From Candidatus Omnitrophota bacterium (lineage in GTDB: Bacteria; Omnitrophota; Gorgyraeia; Zapsychrales; JANLHA01): DNA of 32,000 nucleotides. Position 1 is the first letter of the stretch, and each line of letters starts with the position of its first letter. The position numbers and the translations under genes were made by a program. Shown here piece after piece: positions 24,001-30,000 of this stretch. The notes under the pieces were generated by a model that ran no database searches, was not told the origin of the DNA, and worked only from the letters and a program-made list of their open reading frames with translations. The DNA lies in NCBI GenBank assembly GCA_963662715.1, contig OY759724.1:1140001-1172000 (forward strand), written 5' to 3'.

Positions 24001-27000
24001 TGATCTCCTTCACGGCGTTGATAACATCGGCCGGAGACTCCGACGGCCCTTTCGTCTCACGGGTCACCGGTGAACTGCCGTTCTCTGCCCCATTCCCGTT
24101 TCGGGTTTCGCCGTTCATGCGACGTTTGATACCCGTGATGACTCTGTATATCTGCCCGTCTTGATTAACGACATTTAAAATTCTCTCCGAACCCGGGGTC
24201 ACGTAAGATTTAACCGTATCCATGAATATATTTTTATAAGGAAGCCAGAACGCCGAGCCGACCAGCGCCAAAGGCTTCTCATAGAGTAAACCTGTCTGCA
24301 GATACTGGACATGGTGGAAAACAGCGATCTCGGAAAGGACATCAAATGTTCCCAAACGGCCCGGCAAAATAAAATGCCCCAGGACATTTTCCGTGAGAAG
24401 CAATTTCAGGACATAAGGATCCCGGGTCCTGAGAATATTGTTTTGGGTAAACTGGCTGACAACGGCGCGGCCGTTGGTATTATTCAATCCTTCATAGAAG
24501 ACCCCTTGCAGCTGCGTTGCCTTATATCGTTCGCGCCATTCAGGAATTTTAATTGTGTTCACTTCATCAATGACGGCTTTGGCAATAGGGCCGGTTCCGA
24601 CCACCCTGATGGGGATATCCATGCTGACAGCATGCCGGGTTATCGTTCTGACCATCTCAAGATCATGTCTCTGTTCAGGCTTGGCCTCGTCAAGACGGCT
24701 GCTGCCGATAATGACAATGGCCTGCGGCCATTGGTTAAGCACCGGCAATAAACGGCTGATCTCCGCTTTTGTCTGATGCAAGGCTTCAACCGTGTACGGC
24801 AATTCGCCATTGGCATGCCTGCCGGATTCAATAGATTCTTTCATCTGCCGGACGAGCGAGCGGGCGGCTTTCAGCAGATAAGCGTCAAGAATCTTTCCTG
24901 CCCTCATGTTATCCCGGTCTTTTTCAACAGCCCTCATGACAGCCCTCTGCTGTTGACCGGAAAGCATGACCTCCGGATAAAATCTGATCTCCGCCATACG
25001 GTTTTCCCGCCAGCCGTATGATTGCCAACGGCTTTTCATCGTGTCAATGACAGGCTTCCAGAATTCATTGGCGTAGACCAGCACCCCTGATCTCAAGCTT
25101 TCGTCAAACTCATCTTTTGTGCCGAAGCCCCCGACTCCGACATTAACAGCCAGGGCTTTCCGCAATAACGCCATCTTCCGCGGAACAAAATGCGTGTAAT
25201 AACGGTGGATTTCCACGTCTTTATTTAAAGGCTGTCCTTTAATATACAGCTTAAAGCCCTGGGTTTTCTGCCGGAAAATCTTCTGGCTCATCTCAGGCTG
25301 GATCCATTGAATATTATCGATGGCGAATCTTAAGAAGAATATCTCCTTTTGGCTTAAAGGCCCGCGGGCGGACAAGTATCCGCTGAGAATCGCCTGCATG
25401 AGGCCGGGTCCTCCGCCCGTGCAGGGCGTTAGTCCCGCCTCCAGCAAGGCCTGGCCGAAGAAGACTCCAAAACGATACTCGAGCGTTCCGGGGGCCACAA
25501 CGTTTCCGCCGTAAGAGGTAACCGATGCCGGCAACTTTTCTTTGAGCAGGATGACGTCATTAATTTCGCGCACTAAACGATCCCTCAATATAAGCAGGTA
25601 TTTCTGTTCATTGAGCTGGTTGACCGGAGAACTCGACAGATGGTGAGAAGAATATCTGAAATTCTGACGCACGGAACCTCTCCCCTGTAACGGCTGCCCT
25701 AATCTTGCAAAAACTCTTTCCGGGACACTGTCTCCGTATTGGGCAGAGTAATCCGAAATAATCCGGCTAACCTTCTGCCCCAAAGTTTCGTCTGCAGAGA
25801 CACTCTCGAAAAGATCAAAGAGAGGAAGTTCAAACATTCTCAATAAGTCGGAGATATTCACCCATAACGCGTCGACAAGGGACTCTTCCCGGCAAAGCGG
25901 AAGTCTGTCCAGCAGGACGCCGCGGGCCACATACAATCTCCAGCTGATGTAGCGCTTGAATTCGTTTCTTTCGTTCGTCAATGTGCAAATAACTTCCATC
26001 AATTCTCTTAGGGTGTGAGGGCCTTTTCTGTTGTAATAAATATCAAACGCCCGGTCTTTCTGGGATAACGCTTGGGCAATGACATGAACATTCTCCTCAA
26101 AGCTTCTGTCTGCGCCCGGGACCATTTCAGGGACCGCTTTGCCGGACAATAAATCAAACAGGAATTTCTGAACCCCTGAACCATAAACCGCATCATCATT
26201 AAGCATTTCTTCAAATACTCCAGAGACTGTTGTTTCACGGCTTCCGACAAAAATCCTTCTTCCCTGCTTCCATATTCTGTCCCGCTCCACATCATCAAAC
26301 ACAAATACCGGCGTGAGCAGGTTAATGTTACGATCGTTTTCCCGGTTAATCGCCATGACCGGGAAGCCCCGCTGATCGACATACACGAGCATCCGTTCAC
26401 TTGTATGCGGCCCTAAGTAAGCGACAATACTGGTTTTTTCAGCCCATGGAAGTTTTAACTCGCCCTGCCTGGAAGGTTTCGCATGGTTTTCATTGCGGTA
26501 AATCCCCTTACCGTCAACAATCAGGAATCTGCGTCCGGATACCAGTTTCGACAGATAACTGATATATTTCACCCGGCTCTCGATAAGCTCATACCGGTCA
26601 CCGTAAACCCGGATCAGGGCATTCTCGTCATGAGAAACCTCTGTTTCAACTGATTTATAAATCAGCCGGGCATTCCGGACAAGAAATTCAGGGGCGACCG
26701 CTTCTCCTGCTTTGAATGCACCTCTCGGTAATTTATAATCTTCATAGAAGGTGAAGAACGGCTGTTCCTCCTTGCCCAACCGGACCGGAAGATAGCGGAT
26801 ACGGATAGCCGTGGCCCGGACACCGGAATCGTTGAGCCGTTTCATAAAAAGCTTCTGGTTCAAGTTCAGGGCCTGATAATTTTCCCTTCCCACAACCATA
26901 AGCAATTGCCACTCACTGTGACGGCTGTTCATATATTCAATACGGATAAAACCGTCATAGGCCTGCTGTTCCAGATTTTCCGCGGCAAGCGCCGAAGGGA

Positions 27001-30000
27001 TATCCTGCACACGGACCGGCCAGCTGTTAATCATCCACTGCATCAACGATGCGTTCTGATAAGGCGTATATATTCTCCGTCTTCTGTCTTTGCTGCGGAA
27101 GCCTCCCCGGTCATCTGTTTCTATGCCTAAAACAAAGCCGTTGACGTTCTGTTTGTAAATCAGGTGAGAACCTCCCAGCCTCGTCTCAACCAGACGTCCC
27201 TCCTGGTCAAAAATCTCGTAAAGGACATTGAGGACAGCCGCTGTTTTATTAAACGGATATTCAGAGTAGCCGCGCAGGAAAAGCTCCGAGTCTGATTTTC
27301 TGCTGAAGAACAATCTCACCGGCGTCTGCCCGGCCGGGACATAACCGTAGCGCTTACTGAACATTCTGATCTCGCCGGTGATATCCGGCATCAGTTCGAC
27401 AATGCCGATCTCCTGACTCCAGAGCGCGGCCTTGAACCCTCTCATCATGGCTCTTTCCTCAAGACTCATGGCCCTCTTGCGGATGAACCGCGAAATAACC
27501 TCCCCGCTGTTATTCAATAAAAGACCGTAGCCCGCCTGGAGCAACCGGATTCTTTCTTCAACATTTCCTTCCGCCAAATGAAGGGCACGTGAATAAGGTC
27601 CTTGTTGGTCTGTTTGTGTTGAAAGGCCTTCATACCGGACAGACATGTTGCGGAAAGTTTCTTTCAGAACACGGCCGTAATTCTTTTCCCATGCAGCAAA
27701 TTCAAAATGACCATTCCTGTGACTTTCGGCCGTTCCCTCATCCGGCAGGATGTGCTGGACCGGAGAACTGGGCGCCAGGATTATTTCCCGTCTCTTTGGA
27801 AGAAGCAAGTCCGGATTTTCTCTGAAATAAGACTCCAACTCAGCCTGTCTGGCTTCTACGGAAGGATGAGTGTCTTGATGCTGCTCAGCCAAATTCAAAT
27901 GAGCGTATAATCTGCTCATCTTCTCAAGAGCCTGCAAAGCTTCCTCAACGCTAAACCCTGCCTGTTTCACGGCGGCCAAAGCAAACCTGTCCGCCTTGAA
28001 CTCCTGATGATGTCTGAATCGGACCCATTCTTCTTTCGCATGGGATGTGGCTTCCGGGTCTCCATGAAGGAAGCGGAAAACGATTCTGTTTCTGATATCT
28101 CGATAAAAGACATGCCCCAGTTCATGGCCATAAATCCAGGCCAGTTCGGTATCAGTCATCTGATCGCTCAACCCTGTCCTCATCACGACACGCTTCGCAC
28201 AGAGGGAACAGAGTTCTTTATGATCCTGGGATTCCGGATGATAGATGAGCAGCGGATAATAAGCGGCTATCGCATTCAACAAGATATGGTTTTGGATAAC
28301 GGCCATAATTCTGCCCCATATACGGTGAATCCGTTCATACTCCTGGACAAATTGAGGATGTTGAGCCGTATAGAGTTCCCGGGCGTCAGACAAGAGGGCT
28401 AATGTCACAGTGGCATCGGAAAGCTGTTCTAATTGAGGTAAACGTGTATAAAAATCAAAACGGTTCATCGTCGGGAAAGCCTCCATAATGGACATGAGCT
28501 GATGCGAAGCGAGTTTAAAGTGCATGGTGATGATTTTCTTTCTTAAGATAAACAGACCGTCCTCATGAGGAAGGGACGCGATATGATCCTGCAGGATTTT
28601 CTGCTGAAGGGCCTCGTGATATTCCACCGGGCTGGAGGCCGGCACCAGCTGGTCTTCCTGCATGCTCAGCCGGATCACCCTTTCCTTTTGAGGCAGGCTC
28701 ATCCAGTCCTGAATGGCGACGGTGTGACGAACATCCCGGAAGTCCCAAGAGACATCCACAACCGCAAAACCTTCTGCTGTCTCTGCCAGCATGGCGCCTT
28801 TCCCTCGCTCAACAAGAACGAAACGCACATTGCTCAGGGTCTGGCCGCCGATCTCTATGAGCGATTGAACTATCCGTTCCAGATCCTGTTTAACTCCTGA
28901 ACGGTAGGCAAAGACAAGCGTCAGTGTCTCTGAAGAACGTTTCTTCAATTGCTTTATCATTTCGGAAAGAGCGATTTTTCTGGTTATAAGATAATGATCG
29001 TAATTAATAAGATTTTTACAGGACAGAAGGTCATAACGCGGGAAGTATGGGTTTTCAAAATATAAATGATGCTGCGCCAGGCCGAAACGCTGTCCGTAGG
29101 ATTCATACATTCCTGTTATTCCGACACACTCCAGCAAGTCGCCGGTCCCGACAACAACACCTTTCTCCAATGCGACAGGCTCTTCCGTCGGCCGGTGATA
29201 GATCAGCCGGTCGCCTTTCTTAATTGGCCTGGAATGGATGCCATAACTATGGGCGAACAATTCCCCGCTGATCTTCAATTGCCGACGTATCTGCGCCAAT
29301 CTGTGCTGTTTCCCGGAAGCGCGGACGATCGGGGAGGATTGCGCTTGAACAGAAAGGTCCATCCGGGACGCTGGAAGTTCTTCACTCGACAGTTCGACCA
29401 TCAGGTCCCAGAAGTCCGGCATGATCCCTTCATAATCCGGATGGTCTGTCTGCAGCGTCTCATACGCCTCTTCCCCGATCTCCCGGAAATCCTTCATATC
29501 CTCCGCATCCAAACGGTTCACGTCAAACCATCTCTGACCTATGTACCCCCGGCTCTTCACGTCATAGCCCAGGATCCCCGCCAAGGTGATCTTCGCCTCT
29601 CGCGCCTTCTTCTCCCCGCGCGGGTCCGCGTTCCACATCCGGCTCAATAACTCTCCGCTCTCCAGCACGCTCTTCGCGTCCTTCGGCGTCAGCAATGTCA
29701 GATACAACCCTTCATTCCCTTCAAAATATTCATGCAGTTTCCTCGCATACTCCCCTTCCTTCGTCTGCGCCTTCCTCTCCGCTTCCGTGTACGAATAGTG
29801 CAGGTGCACATACCCCAGCTCCTGATTCGCCTGCTGGTTCGCAAACATCTGGTTCGCCACATACAGCGGCGACGGATACGCATGCCGCGGCGTCCCAAAC
29901 AGCTCGATGTTGATCGGCGCCCGCAGATACTTCACATCCGCCAGCTTCGGCTCCGGCTTGTAATACACGCTTCGTCTGAACATCGTCTCGATCGGCGTAG

